64,000 bases of DNA from NCBI GenBank assembly GCA_013816405.1, contig JACDEL010000004.1, forward strand, positions 3,475 through 67,474. Reading direction: 5' to 3'. A model generated the notes under the pieces. The model was not told the origin of the DNA. It worked only from the letters and a program-made list of their open reading frames with translations, and searched no databases. Of this stretch, positions 1 to 9,069 are shown one piece after another (the first letter of the stretch is position 1; each line of letters starts with the position of its first letter). Source of the DNA: Chloroflexota bacterium (lineage in GTDB: Bacteria > Chloroflexota > Limnocylindria > QHBO01). The position numbers and the translations under genes were made by a program.

Positions 1-34
1 GCTCGGGTCCTTGATCGGCCGGGTCACAGTCGCG

Positions 35-232
35 TTAAGGCAGCCAGATGTTGGCGAGCGCCAGGAGCTGGGCATCGGTCGCATTGCCCGACTCGTCGCG
101 GAAGATGACGTTGTCGTCACGATTGGAGTTGAAGGGGGGGTCGAGGTAGACCAGGTCGACGCTGGCATCGGGCAGGTAGTGACCCAGGATGTCGAGGTTG
201 TCGCAATAGTAGAGGACGTTGGTCTGATTCAT
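35..232 (-). pseudogene. Truncated 5' fragment (65 codons then stop) of an amino-type (N6A/N4C) DNA methyltransferase; repeat copy A
   Basis: ORF MNQTNVLYYCDNLDILGHYLPDASVDLVYLDPPFNSNRDDNVIFRDES... carries the DPPF motif-IV signature but stops after 65 aa. Its ATG overlaps the stop of the upstream gene (ATGA). Homologous segments recur at 975-1101, 5014-5062 and 15655-15740. Confidence 0.55.
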
Positions 233-621
233 CGGCCCGGGCGGCCCTGCCAGAGGACGTTCAGCAGGAGCCAGCGCTCGCCGCAGCGGGCCAGCTGCAG
301 GTAGTCCATGTAGGCCGCCGAGAGGACTCCGACGCTGGCAATGTCGCCGTACGCATCCAGCAGCGAGATCTCGTACGGCCCCGCATCCTCGGCGCCCTCG
401 CCCTGGCGTGTGAATTCGACCATCTGCTCGCGCGACAGGGTCTCGACAATGCAGCTCCCGGTCTGCGGGTCAGCGCTAACGGATCGCTTGACCAGCTCGG
501 GGTGCATGCAGCTGGCCATGCGGTCGCCATCGCCGGCAAGCCACGACTCGATGTAGTCGGTGGCGGACGCAAGGACCAGGTTGCGGTCCTCCGCAGAGAT
601 CTTCGCTTCATCGGTCATCAT
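229..621 (-). CDS. NTF2-like / SnoaL-like (putative lumazine-binding fold) small protein
   Basis: Real start at internal MMTDEAKIS (ATG at 619-621), preceded by GGAGG. 130 aa with the typical ..YIESWLAGDGDRM..HPE.. NTF2-like pattern. 4-bp overlap with the upstream cupin gene. Confidence 0.6.
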   Translation of the reverse strand: MMTDEAKISAEDRNLVLASATDYIESWLAGDGDRMASCMHPELVKRSVSADPQTGSCIVETLSREQMVEFTRQGEGAEDAGPYEISLLDAYGDIASVGVLSAAYMDYLQLARCGERWLLLNVLWQGRPGR

Positions 622-962
622 TCGGTGGCCTCCTCGGGACCGATCACCCAGAACTCGCGGAATGGGGCAGTGATGTGCCAGACCGTGTCGGTGCCGGCGG
701 GGAGAGACGCGGCGTCGCCGGTCTTCAGCTCGAGCGTCCGTCCGCCCGCGACCTCGATCTGCACCGCGCCCTGCAGGATCACGAACGACTCTCGGCGGGG
801 AGGCGTCCACGAAACCGGCTCGGGGTCGACGTCGTAGCGCGTGAAGCCAGCCCAAGTGCCGGGCACTTCACACAGGATGTTCATGAGGCCGCCCACATCC
901 GGATCCGGCTCCCAGGTGTCAGCTGCAAGGCTCGTCACGAACAGCCCAGGCTGTGGCTCCAT
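618..962 (-). CDS. Cupin domain protein
   Basis: 114-aa ORF. The small beta-barrel pattern (..LQGAVQIEVAGGRTLELKTGDAASLPAGTDTVWHI..) is typical of cupin_2/DUF861 proteins. Confidence 0.6.
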   Translation of the reverse strand: MEPQPGLFVTSLAADTWEPDPDVGGLMNILCEVPGTWAGFTRYDVDPEPVSWTPPRRESFVILQGAVQIEVAGGRTLELKTGDAASLPAGTDTVWHITAPFREFWVIGPEEATE

Positions 963-974
963 TGGTTCCTCCTA

Positions 975-1101
975 CTCAATCGCGATTCGAGTTGAAGGGC
1001 GGGTCGAGGTCGACCGGGTCAACGCTGGCATCGGGCAGGTAGCGATGCAGGATGTCGAGGTTGTCGCCGTAGTAGAGGACGTTGGTGGCGAGGTCGGGCA
1101 T
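975..1101 (-). pseudogene. Second partial copy (42 codons) of the methyltransferase 5' segment; repeat copy B
   Basis: Minus-strand translation is MPDLATNVLYYGDNLDILHRYLPDASVDPVDLDPPFNSNRD* and is ~80% nt-identical to 100-232. Its ATG abuts the merB stop at 1102. Confidence 0.5.
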
Positions 1102-1785
1102 CTACAGCGTCCAGTATTGGCCGGTAAGGCCCATCGCAGCGAAGTGAGCGAACAGCTCCTCTTTCGTGGGGCGTGCGTAGCCGAGCGTGAATTTGCCGGC
1201 ATAGATCGGTCCACTGAGGGTGTGGATCTGGTCTGGCGTTAGGGAGGCGGCCTGATCCTCCAGGGTGCAGAGGTCGGACGCGTCGCGATGCTCCGGTGAT
1301 GCGAAGAAGACCATAGTGTTCGAGCAGGTGGTGATGATGTCGCCCCACCATTCGGTGGGGCGCAGGGCAAGGTACACGAGCGATTCGGGGGGATCGACGT
1401 GGGTCGTGTCGCCATCGCGCAGCTCGACCCGGATGGGTTGGGCGCAGTGATGGCAGAACGAATCGACCCGGACGTCAATGCCGCCGAGCATGGCGTGAAA
1501 GGCAATCGCGTCCCACGCGCAGTTCGCAAAGTAAGAGCGGATGTGCGCCGTCACCCGGAACGGCGTTGCGATGGCCGAGAACGGGAACGCCATCAGGATC
1601 CGCGCGGTGCCCTTGACGAGGGCGATGTGGCGGGCCGCTTCCAGGTCGCGAAGGATGTCCGTTGCGGCAGAGCGGGACAGCGAGAACTCGTTCATCACCT
1701 GCTCCGCGACCGGCGGGGCAGCATGCTCGAGGAAGTGTTCGAAGATGAAAAGGCGTACGCGCTTCTGGAGCACCTGGTCAGTCAT
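1102..1785 (-). CDS. merB: Organomercurial lyase (MerB family)
   Basis: 227 aa from MTDQVLQ (ATG 1783-1785, GGGGGGA RBS). ANCAWDAIAFHAMLG matches the MerB catalytic Cys/Asp region (AWCALDTLIFPALIG in E. coli MerB). TTCSNTMVFFASPE matches the C159 region (SFCCHVHFFASV). The longer 389-aa ORF is an upstream artefact. Confidence 0.65.
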   Translation of the reverse strand: MTDQVLQKRVRLFIFEHFLEHAAPPVAEQVMNEFSLSRSAATDILRDLEAARHIALVKGTARILMAFPFSAIATPFRVTAHIRSYFANCAWDAIAFHAMLGGIDVRVDSFCHHCAQPIRVELRDGDTTHVDPPESLVYLALRPTEWWGDIITTCSNTMVFFASPEHRDASDLCTLEDQAASLTPDQIHTLSGPIYAGKFTLGYARPTKEELFAHFAAMGLTGQYWTL

Positions 1786-1849
1786 CGGTCCCCCCGCGTG
1801 CTGTGGCTCAAGTGGGCGCCGGAGCCTAGGGAGAGGGTAGCAGAGGGGG

Positions 1850-1990
1850 CAATGAGAATCATGTTGACCGTGGCACGGCACGCGGCTAGGTTGAGCCGCG
1901 CCGCCAACCTGTTGGAGAGAGGTGACCGATGCGCGTTGGACTGATGGCCGAGAACCCACTCGAGCGCGCCGTCCTCGCCACCGGGCGCGG
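1850..1990 (+). promoter_or_regulatory. Repeated promoter/leader module, copy 1 (TTGACC-17 bp-TAGGTT, GGAGAGAGGTG, start of the MAENPLERAV uORF)
   Basis: ~120 bp is homologous to 15755-15890. Contains a -35/-10-like pair with 17-bp spacing and an SD-like GGAGAGAGG. Sits in the merB / DUF-membrane-gene divergent intergenic region. Confidence 0.45.
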
Positions 1991-2078
1991 GACGGCGGGG
2001 TTGCACCTGGCGACGCCGGTCTGGGCGATCCTGGCAGGGCGGAGGTGGCTCGCCGCTGACGAAAGGACGCGGTCATGA
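1944..2078 (+). CDS. Short upstream ORF (44 aa, MAENPLERAVLATGRG...) translationally coupled (ATGA) to the downstream membrane-protein gene
   Basis: The first 10 codons are conserved in the second module copy (15850-15903). Its stop overlaps the ATG at 2075. Could be a leader peptide or a remnant. Confidence 0.25.
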   Translation: MAENPLERAVLATGRGTAGLHLATPVWAILAGRRWLAADERTRS

Positions 2079-2779
2079 CCCATCCGATCGGCGAACGACG
2101 TCCCTCGGTCGCGGCCGCAGCCGTGCTCTCGATCGTGCTCGGCATCGCGGCATCCATCCTCCTGCCGGCGGCATACGGATTCGACATCCAGGCGATCGCC
2201 CATCCGGGGTCGATCGTCGACAAGGGCCAGGGGGTCGCCGAGCTGCTGCGCTGGGGAGCCCTCCTCGACATGGCCAGCTATCTCCCGATGGCGGTCGTAG
2301 TGGTTTACTTCCACTACCGGTTGCGCGCGCGCAACCCGGAGCTGATCACCCTGTTTACCGCCTCCGGGCTGGCCTATGTGCTCATCGGGAGCATGGCGGG
2401 GGTGCTCCTGGCGACCGTCGGGCCGCCGTTGATCGAAGGGTATGCCACCGCGTCAGCGGGGGCGCAAGATGCCGCTCGGGTCACCCTCGAGGCGCTCGGC
2501 AATGCCGCCCTGATTGGGCTTTGGGGGACCTTGGAGTTGATCTTCATTGGGTTCTGGTTCATCGGCATAGGCTGGCTCATGCGCAGTGACTGGCGCAGAT
2601 TCGCCGTGTTGTCGACGGTCGTGGGCGTCGCCCTTTTGGCCACGAGCCTACGGACCGGCCTCACCGGTCGAACGCTGGTGGAGATCAACGGACCGCTCGA
2701 CCTCGTGGTCACTGCTCCGCTGGGGTTGTTCTTCGTGTGGGAGCTGTGGCTGGCGATGCGCTTATTGCGCGGTGCGTGA
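2075..2779 (+). CDS. Integral membrane protein (multi-TM, DUF4386-like architecture)
   Basis: 234 aa, very hydrophobic with several predicted TM helices. Paralogous in size and organisation to 8372-9025 and 7711-8361. Confidence 0.55.
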   Translation: MTHPIGERRPSVAAAAVLSIVLGIAASILLPAAYGFDIQAIAHPGSIVDKGQGVAELLRWGALLDMASYLPMAVVVVYFHYRLRARNPELITLFTASGLAYVLIGSMAGVLLATVGPPLIEGYATASAGAQDAARVTLEALGNAALIGLWGTLELIFIGFWFIGIGWLMRSDWRRFAVLSTVVGVALLATSLRTGLTGRTLVEINGPLDLVVTAPLGLFFVWELWLAMRLLRGA

Positions 2780-2880
2780 GGTGGGCCGACGCGTTGGAAT
2801 TTCAGGCGTAGGTCGCCCTGGCCGTTGGCGGGTAGCAGCCCGGTTCGATCGGGAACCGATTACGTAAGGAGGGTCAAGCG

Positions 2881-3351
2881 ATGGACTGGGCGGTCGTGGT
2901 CGTGCAATGGCTGCACATGCTGTTCGGCATCTTCTGGTTCGGCGGAGCCCTGTTCGGCAATTTCGTGCTCGGGCCGGTCCTGATCAAGCAGCCGCCCGAC
3001 CGGATGCGCGAGCTTGCCCTCCTGCTCGGGGAGCAGGGCGATCGCGTTATCCTGCCCGTCGCGACGCTGACCATCGTGCTCGGGTTCCTGCGGGGGACGG
3101 TCTTCGGGCCGGTACGGAGCATCGAATTCCTGTTCGGCACGGCATACGGCATCACGTGGCTGGTCGCGCTGCTGACAGCGATCGGGACCCTCGCCTGGGG
3201 TTCTATGACCGTTCGGACGATGCGTCGCGCCCTGCTTGCCGGAGCTGACATCACTGGCTCAACAGGCACGGCACTGCGTAATGCAGGAATCGAGCTCCTG
3301 GGTTTCGCCGTGATCCTCAGCTGCATGGTGCTGATGCGCTTCGGACTGTAG
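2881..3351 (+). CDS. Small integral membrane protein (4 TM, DUF2269-like)
   Basis: 156 aa. Strong RBS AAGGAGGG 7 nt upstream. WLHMLFGIFWFGGALFG N-terminal helix pattern. Confidence 0.55.
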   Translation: MDWAVVVVQWLHMLFGIFWFGGALFGNFVLGPVLIKQPPDRMRELALLLGEQGDRVILPVATLTIVLGFLRGTVFGPVRSIEFLFGTAYGITWLVALLTAIGTLAWGSMTVRTMRRALLAGADITGSTGTALRNAGIELLGFAVILSCMVLMRFGL

Positions 3352-3676
3352 ATGGCGATCGCCGCCCGATCGGCAAGAGCGAGGTCAAGCATCGGCCGCT
3401 CGGATCGTCTCGACCGCGTACAGCGGCCATTTGCCCGGAACTCCCTTCAGCTCGTGGATTCCGCGGTCATCGAGCGTGAAATCTGTGTCGGTGAGCGCAC
3501 GACGCAGTCCCGCCGCAGGCCGGTCGAAGGTGGCGAAGAACCCATCCCCCGCGGGTATTCACCTCTCGACCGCCATGTCGAGCGAGCTCGTGTCGAACAG
3601 CGGCACGGAAGCGCGCAAGCAGCGCCTGCCATCGTGCATCCCCAAGCTCGACGATCGCATTGGTGGGAGCAACTGA

Positions 3677-4484
3677 TCAGTCCTGTGCCGCACGGAGGAA
3701 CTGGCGCATTTCGTGATTGAGCTGGTCGGCCGCCTGGATATTGATCATGTGCCCCACGCCAGGGAGGATGACCAGGCTCGATTCGGGGATCGCCGTGTGA
3801 AGCGCCTCGGCGACATCCAACGAGGCTCGTACATCCCGATCGCCGTACAGCAGGGAGCGTTGGAATGTGGATCTTCGGCAGCACATCGCGCAGGTCGGCT
3901 TCGGCTAGCGACATAGCCAGAGTGCGGAATCCGTCGGGATGGAACTCGGCCATGATGGCGGAGTAACCGTCAACCACCGCCTTCGGTGTCGACTCTGGGA
4001 AGAGGGTGGGGATCATGGCGTTCACGAACTCGGCTGGCGCCTGATCGGCCAGTTCCAGGCTCCTGTGCAGTCGCGGTCCGGCGACCTCCGCGGGGAGGGA
4101 ACCGGTCCAACCGGCGTATGCGGCGGCCAGCACCAGCGTCCGCGGGATGCTGGGATGTCTACGGTACAGCTCAAGGGCCAGCGCACCGCCGAACGAGAGC
4201 CCGGCGATGTGCGGCCGCTCAAGATCGAGAGCGCCGATGACCTCGGCGAGGCAATCAGCGTAGTCAGCCATCCGAAATGATCCCCGTGGATCCTCCGACC
4301 GACCGGCGCCGGGTGCATCCCATGCCACGACGGTGAACTCATCGGACAGCGCCTCGAGCTGGCGACGCCACTCGCGGCTGTCGCCGACGAATCCATGCAG
4401 GAGAACGAGGGGCGGCCCGTTGCCGGCCTGCTCGTACGCGATGCGAAGCCCGCATACCTCTACCTCCTGCACGGCGTCGACTAC
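3677..4484 (-). pseudogene. Alpha/beta hydrolase with +1 frameshift (extra C in a CCC run near 3857) splitting it into two ORFs
   Basis: N-terminal part (..LVLLHGFVGDSREW..IAGLSFGGALALE..) is in frame 3447-4607. C-terminal part (LLYGDRDV..LVILPGVGHM..) is in frame 3677-3886. The two join if one C is removed. Start is probably GTG near 4484. Confidence 0.55.
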
Positions 4485-4870
4485 TGGCCTGCAGGCTCGG
4501 CGCGATACCGGCGCCGCCACTCGGGCGCGGGGAACGGTTGGCCGAAGTAGCCGGTCATGGAGGCCACGAGGCCGTTGCGGAGCTGCAGGATCCAGACATC
4601 CTCCCAAACGGTTCCGTCGGGATATTGCTCGTCGACCTCGACCACGGCGAGATCGCCTGAGCGGAGCACGTTGCGAACCGTGAAAATGGGTGGGTTGGGG
4701 AATGCTTCGTGGAAGGCCTGCTGGCGGTCGCGGCCCTCGAAGCGCTCGCCGGATTGGGGATAGATCTCCACTACGTCATCAGTCACGTAAGTCGCGAAGT
4801 CGGCAAATCGGCGCTCGTTGAAGGCCTGAAACGCCGCGGCGATGCCAGCCGCGAAATCGGGATCGGTCAC
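4481..4870 (-). CDS. NTF2-like / SnoaL-like protein
   Basis: 129 aa. FNERRFADFATYVTDDVVEIYPQSGERFEGRD is typical of SnoaL/DUF4440-type NTF2 folds. Confidence 0.6.
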   Translation of the reverse strand: MTDPDFAAGIAAAFQAFNERRFADFATYVTDDVVEIYPQSGERFEGRDRQQAFHEAFPNPPIFTVRNVLRSGDLAVVEVDEQYPDGTVWEDVWILQLRNGLVASMTGYFGQPFPAPEWRRRYRAEPAGQ

Positions 4871-5013
4871 GGGTTCTCCTCAGCGCTGGACGACCAGGCG
4901 CAGGGTGTGGGCCTCGGAAGGACTCGAGGAACTCACCGATGCGTCCCACCCGTTCCTGAAACCCCGGGTCCGCGCGCTACTCATGTAATTCTGCTGACCT
5001 TCTTCGACCGGTC

Positions 5014-5062
5014 GCGGAAGATCACGTTGTCGTCGCGATTGGAGTTGAAGGGTGGGTGGAGG
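5014..5062 (-). repeat. Third partial copy (~50 bp, DPPF-motif core only) of the methyltransferase 5' segment; repeat copy D
   Basis: Minus strand reads ..HPPFNSNRDDNVIFRD.. and matches 88-130 of copy A. No start codon. Confidence 0.4.
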
Positions 5063-5150
5063 AGCGTAGCACGGGATTACAGGCGTGGGCGCACGTGACC
5101 ACCCGCGAGGGGAGCGGTACGGGTAAGGTCGTCATGACGATCGGGTACCG

Positions 5151-6566
5151 ATGAAGGAAGGCCAAACGTTCATGGCGGAAGGGCTCGCGGGACTCACACG
5201 CGAACACCTTAGTCGCCTGCGCGAGACGTTCCGCGGCGAGGTCAACACCCCCGGCGACAAGGGGTACGACGACGCGCGGCGCGTATGGAACGCGAAGTTC
5301 GACCGTCGACCGGCGATCCTCATCCGGCCGACCGGCGCCGGGGAGGTCGCGACCGCGATCCGCTTCGGGCGGGAGCACGGGCTCGAGATCGCCATCCGCG
5401 GTGGCGCACACAGCAACGTGGGGCATTCGACGACCGACGGCGGGCTGGTGATCGACCTGTCACGGTTCCGCGGCGTGACGGTCGACCCTGAGCGGCGGAT
5501 CGCCCTTGCTCGGGGTGGCGCATTGCTGGGCGAGCTCGATGTCGCAGCGCAGGCGCACGGCCTCGTCTGCCCGGTCGGCGTCATCGGTCATACCGGCGTC
5601 GGCGGGCTGACGCTGGGCGGCGGGATGGGCCGGCTTCAGCGGCGCTTCGGCCTGACCATCGACAACCTTCTCGCTGTCGAGCTCGTGACCGCGGACGGCC
5701 GCACCGTGCGCGCCAGCGAATCGGAGGAGCCCGAACTCTTCTGGGGGATGCGGGGTGCGGGCGCGAATTTCGGCGTGGTCACCAGCTTCGAGTTCGAGCT
5801 CCGCGAATTCGGCCCGCTGCTCCACCGTGGGGTGCGGATCTACCCCGCGTCCGCTCTCCAGGAGGTCTGGGCGATGGTGCGGGACTTCGCTGCGGTCGCC
5901 CCCGACGAGCTCACGGTCATCGTCAGCATCGGCCTTGCCCTGCCGGTGGAGGACTACCCCGAGTCGGTCGCCGGACAGCCGATCGTGATCGTCTCCTACA
6001 ACCACTGCGGCGACGCGGCCAGCGTCGAACGGGATGTCGCTCCGCTTCGTGCAGGACCCGAGCCGGTCTCGAGCTCAGACAGCAGCCAGGAGTACCTCGA
6101 GGTCCAGACTGCGAATGACCTGGCCATGGGATGGGGGAGCAGGTCCTACATCAAGGGCGGCTATGCGAACGACTTCCGCCCGGAGGCCCTCGATGCGCTC
6201 CTCGAGCACGCGGCCACGGGGTCTGCCGAGAGCGGGTTCGGGATCACCCTGCAGGGCGGCGCGATGGGGCGGGTGCCGGACGATGCCATGGCCTTCACCG
6301 GGCGCGACGCCCGGTTCGAGATGAGCGCCGCCTCCGATTGGGAGGATCCCGCTCTCGACGAGACGGAGCGCGACTGGGTCCGTCAGGCAATGGCGATCGT
6401 CGAGCCGGACGCCGTGGCGGGCCGCTATCTCAACGAGATCTCCGAGTCAGGGCCGGAGGAGACCCGGGCCATCTACGGGGATGGGAAGCTCGCCAGGCTC
6501 ACGGGGCTCAAGCGGGCCTGGGATCCCGACAACGTCTTCCGCCTGAACCACAACATCGCGCCGTAG
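5151..6566 (+). CDS. FAD-binding oxidoreductase (PCMH-type FAD domain + BBE/berberine-bridge C-terminal domain)
   Basis: 471 aa. GGAHSNVGHSTTDGGLVIDLS..GVGGLTLGGGMGRLQRRFGL.. plus C-terminal ..AWDPDNVFRLNHNIAP are hallmark BBE-like oxidase motifs. Confidence 0.8.
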   Translation: MKEGQTFMAEGLAGLTREHLSRLRETFRGEVNTPGDKGYDDARRVWNAKFDRRPAILIRPTGAGEVATAIRFGREHGLEIAIRGGAHSNVGHSTTDGGLVIDLSRFRGVTVDPERRIALARGGALLGELDVAAQAHGLVCPVGVIGHTGVGGLTLGGGMGRLQRRFGLTIDNLLAVELVTADGRTVRASESEEPELFWGMRGAGANFGVVTSFEFELREFGPLLHRGVRIYPASALQEVWAMVRDFAAVAPDELTVIVSIGLALPVEDYPESVAGQPIVIVSYNHCGDAASVERDVAPLRAGPEPVSSSDSSQEYLEVQTANDLAMGWGSRSYIKGGYANDFRPEALDALLEHAATGSAESGFGITLQGGAMGRVPDDAMAFTGRDARFEMSAASDWEDPALDETERDWVRQAMAIVEPDAVAGRYLNEISESGPEETRAIYGDGKLARLTGLKRAWDPDNVFRLNHNIAP

Positions 6567-6922
6567 GGTCGGGGCGCCGAACGGCCGGGTCGACATCGTC
6601 TACTACGACCGGACCCGCGACCCGATTGACGTGCTGAACTACGTCACCTACTCGCGCCTCGATCCGACGAGTGGGCTGGGAGTTACCGCCATGAGTGACG
6701 GTGCCTGGAGCCCCGCCTTCAATGGCAACGTCGACGGCGGCCAGCCGACGACGACGTGCACGTCGTTCATCGGCGACTACATCGGGCTGAGCTCCGACGA
6801 CACGCACGTCTCCCTGGGCTGGACCGGGAATGGGCCGAGCGTCCACCACGACGAGTTCGGCGATCCGACGGACTGCGACGTGAACCAGGACGTGCTGACG
6901 GTGGCAATCAGGCCCTAGCTTC

Positions 6923-7714
6923 TCAGTAGCCGGACCATCGCGGGCGCGCCTCGGCTGAAGGCTCGTCGGGATCAGGCAGCTGGTTCCTGACCATGGCGAC
7001 GAACGGACCCATTGCGCTGGCGAGCAGTGTCGCGTCTTCGGCAGTTGGCTGGCCGTCGTAAGCGCGGTGAGCAGCGTGGATCGCTTCGTGCCAGCGGTCA
7101 GGGAGGTGCTCGAGCGCCCACGCGCCCGCGGAGCGTTTGGAGATCACCACGTTGCCGCTCTCGACGGCATGCAGGATGCGGCTGCCATTCAGGATCGAAT
7201 AGGTGGCCTCGTACGGATCGTCGTCACCCTCGACGACATGCCGCTCCAGATGTTCGAGCTCCCGGCGGAGGTCGACTTCGAGCTCAGCCCAGGTGGGTGG
7301 TGGCACGATCTCGGCTGGCTCTCGCCCGTACAGCGGCACGTAGCGGCCGGCGAGCCAATGCGCCCGATGAATTGCCCAGGAGGTGTCACGCCGTTCAGCT
7401 TGGAAGGCGTGAGGCGGGCTCTCGGGTCGACGAGCATCGGCGGCCAGGACGTACCACGCATCCCACTCGACGCCCTGCTCACGGGCGATCAGGGCGTGGG
7501 CGTCTTCAATTCTCTGGGAAGTGCGTTGGTCGGGTGGCCGATCAACCACCGCGTAGGTATCAAGGTCTCCGGAGAGCGGTCGGTCGTGAGACGTGGTTCC
7601 GCCGTGCCCCCACAACGCGACCAGATTGTTGGCAAGGATCACCTGCAATTCGTCTCGGAGGCGAATCCAAGGGATCCGCGCTCTGTCCGGGATCTCGTCA
7701 AGAGGGACGCTCAC
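6923..7714 (-). CDS. Nucleotidyltransferase-domain protein of the AadA/ANT(3'')-ANT(9) type (NT domain + DUF4111)
   Basis: 263 aa from GTG 7712-7714, which overlaps the upstream stop (GTGA). LVALWGHGGTTSHDRPLSGDLDTYAVV is the NTase G-S...D.D motif. The C-terminal ..ILNGSRILHAVESG.. aligns with the AadA DUF4111 region. The 307-aa ORF version has a non-homologous N-terminal extension. Confidence 0.6.
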   Translation of the reverse strand: MSVPLDEIPDRARIPWIRLRDELQVILANNLVALWGHGGTTSHDRPLSGDLDTYAVVDRPPDQRTSQRIEDAHALIAREQGVEWDAWYVLAADARRPESPPHAFQAERRDTSWAIHRAHWLAGRYVPLYGREPAEIVPPPTWAELEVDLRRELEHLERHVVEGDDDPYEATYSILNGSRILHAVESGNVVISKRSAGAWALEHLPDRWHEAIHAAHRAYDGQPTAEDATLLASAMGPFVAMVRNQLPDPDEPSAEARPRWSGY

Positions 7715-8361
7715 CGGCCGTCCTTGGGGCTTGTGGGGAAGAGGAAAAGCCACGCCCCGACGACCAAGCCCCACAGGACCACCACGTAGAACGGCGCAGG
7801 CAGCCACTGGTTCGGTGACCATCCGGTGGCGACGAGGAATGCCCACGATGAGATGGCGGCCAGCCCCGTGAGCCCGGTGAAGGCGCGAACCCAGGTCGGG
7901 GCCGCAGTTCCGCCCTTCGCGAGGGTGATCAGCGAGATGCCGAGCAGCATGCCGCCGATCCCGAAGAAGACGACCATCCCGCCGCTGATCAGCGCGTAGC
8001 TGATCGCGGGATCAATGGCCGGGCCGCCGGCAAGCACCGAGGTCGGCACCGCGAGATAGAGGCCCCAACCGATCATGAACGAGCCGGCCGCGGCCAGGCT
8101 GGTGCCCCAGACGACTCTGCCTTGGCGGCCTGCACCGAGCCAGGTCTCCGACAGGTGGGCCATCAATACGATCAGTCCGATGGTCGAGATGACGACCAGG
8201 TAAACGGACACGATGAGCGCGGTTCGGCTCTGCGCCACGAACCTGGAGATCTCGGTGGCGGAGTAGTGCCCACCTTTTGGGCCGAAGAGCGTGAACCCGA
8301 CGATCAGGCACACGGCGAACAGGACCCCGCCTGCGCCAGCGCGCTGCCTGTCTCGGTTCAC
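7711..8361 (-). CDS. Integral membrane protein (paralog of 8372-9025)
   Basis: Multi-TM ORF. Start is uncertain: GTG 8361 or ATG 8424. Its stop overlaps the start of the nucleotidyltransferase gene. Confidence 0.45.
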   Translation of the reverse strand: MNRDRQRAGAGGVLFAVCLIVGFTLFGPKGGHYSATEISRFVAQSRTALIVSVYLVVISTIGLIVLMAHLSETWLGAGRQGRVVWGTSLAAAGSFMIGWGLYLAVPTSVLAGGPAIDPAISYALISGGMVVFFGIGGMLLGISLITLAKGGTAAPTWVRAFTGLTGLAAISSWAFLVATGWSPNQWLPAPFYVVVLWGLVVGAWLFLFPTSPKDGR

Positions 8362-8371
8362 CAGTCGCCGT

Positions 8372-9025
8372 TCAAGTGGGAGGGGCCGTCCCGTCCATGT
8401 CCCCAGGGTCCCGCCATAGGGCATACCCCCAGGCCAGGAGGCCAGCGCCAACCAGGACACCCAGAGATGTCTGGCCGATCTGCTGCAGGCCCGGCGCGAG
8501 GAAAAGGACCGCCGGTACCGCAACCACCGCGACCGGCACCAGCAAGATCAGGACCCAGGAGCCGATCGACGGAAGAATGCCCGCGCGCAGCGTGGCGATT
8601 GCCAACAGCAGCAGGCCGATGAACCCGGCCAGGATCAGGCCCCCCACGAACTTGAGGGACAAAGCCGTGAAAAAGGGTCCATTCAGTACGAGCAGCTGCG
8701 GGGCACCCTGCGCGATGACCGGCTGCAGGACGCCGCCCCCGATCATCAGCGTGCCAGCGGTCAAAGCCGCGCCCGCCACCGCCATGACGAATCCGACGAA
8801 GCCAAGCCGTCCAATGCGCTCTCCCTGGCGCGCGTAAAGGCCGATTAGACCGAACAGAATCAGCAGCCATGCGAAGGCGCCCAGCCAGTGCGCGAGACCC
8901 CACACCGGCTCGAGGACGTACTTCGCCGTCTCGCCGGGCGGATGGAGGATGAGTTCCACCGCCAGGCCAATCCCGCCGAGCATCATGGAGAGCCCGCTCC
9001 AGCGGATCAGCCTTCGGGTGGACAT
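8372..9025 (-). CDS. Integral membrane protein (DUF4386-like)
   Basis: 217 aa from MSTRRLIRWSGL (ATG 9023-9025), highly hydrophobic. The longer 294-aa ORF upstream extension is not supported. Confidence 0.5.
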   Translation of the reverse strand: MSTRRLIRWSGLSMMLGGIGLAVELILHPPGETAKYVLEPVWGLAHWLGAFAWLLILFGLIGLYARQGERIGRLGFVGFVMAVAGAALTAGTLMIGGGVLQPVIAQGAPQLLVLNGPFFTALSLKFVGGLILAGFIGLLLLAIATLRAGILPSIGSWVLILLVPVAVVAVPAVLFLAPGLQQIGQTSLGVLVGAGLLAWGYALWRDPGDMDGTAPPT

Positions 9026-9069
9026 GTCCGGAAGCGTACGCCTCGGCTGCACTGCCCGATAACGCGGGA

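Noticed and set aside
1399-1944. 181-aa plus-strand ORF antisense to merB
   Set aside because: Lies entirely opposite a well-supported gene. Arg-rich low-complexity translation. Typical high-GC shadow ORF.
1102-2271. 389-aa minus-strand ORF version of merB with 162-aa Arg/Pro/Ser-rich N-terminal extension
   Set aside because: Extension has no homology and biased composition typical of GC-rich read-through. The conserved MerB body starts at MTDQVLQ with its own RBS.
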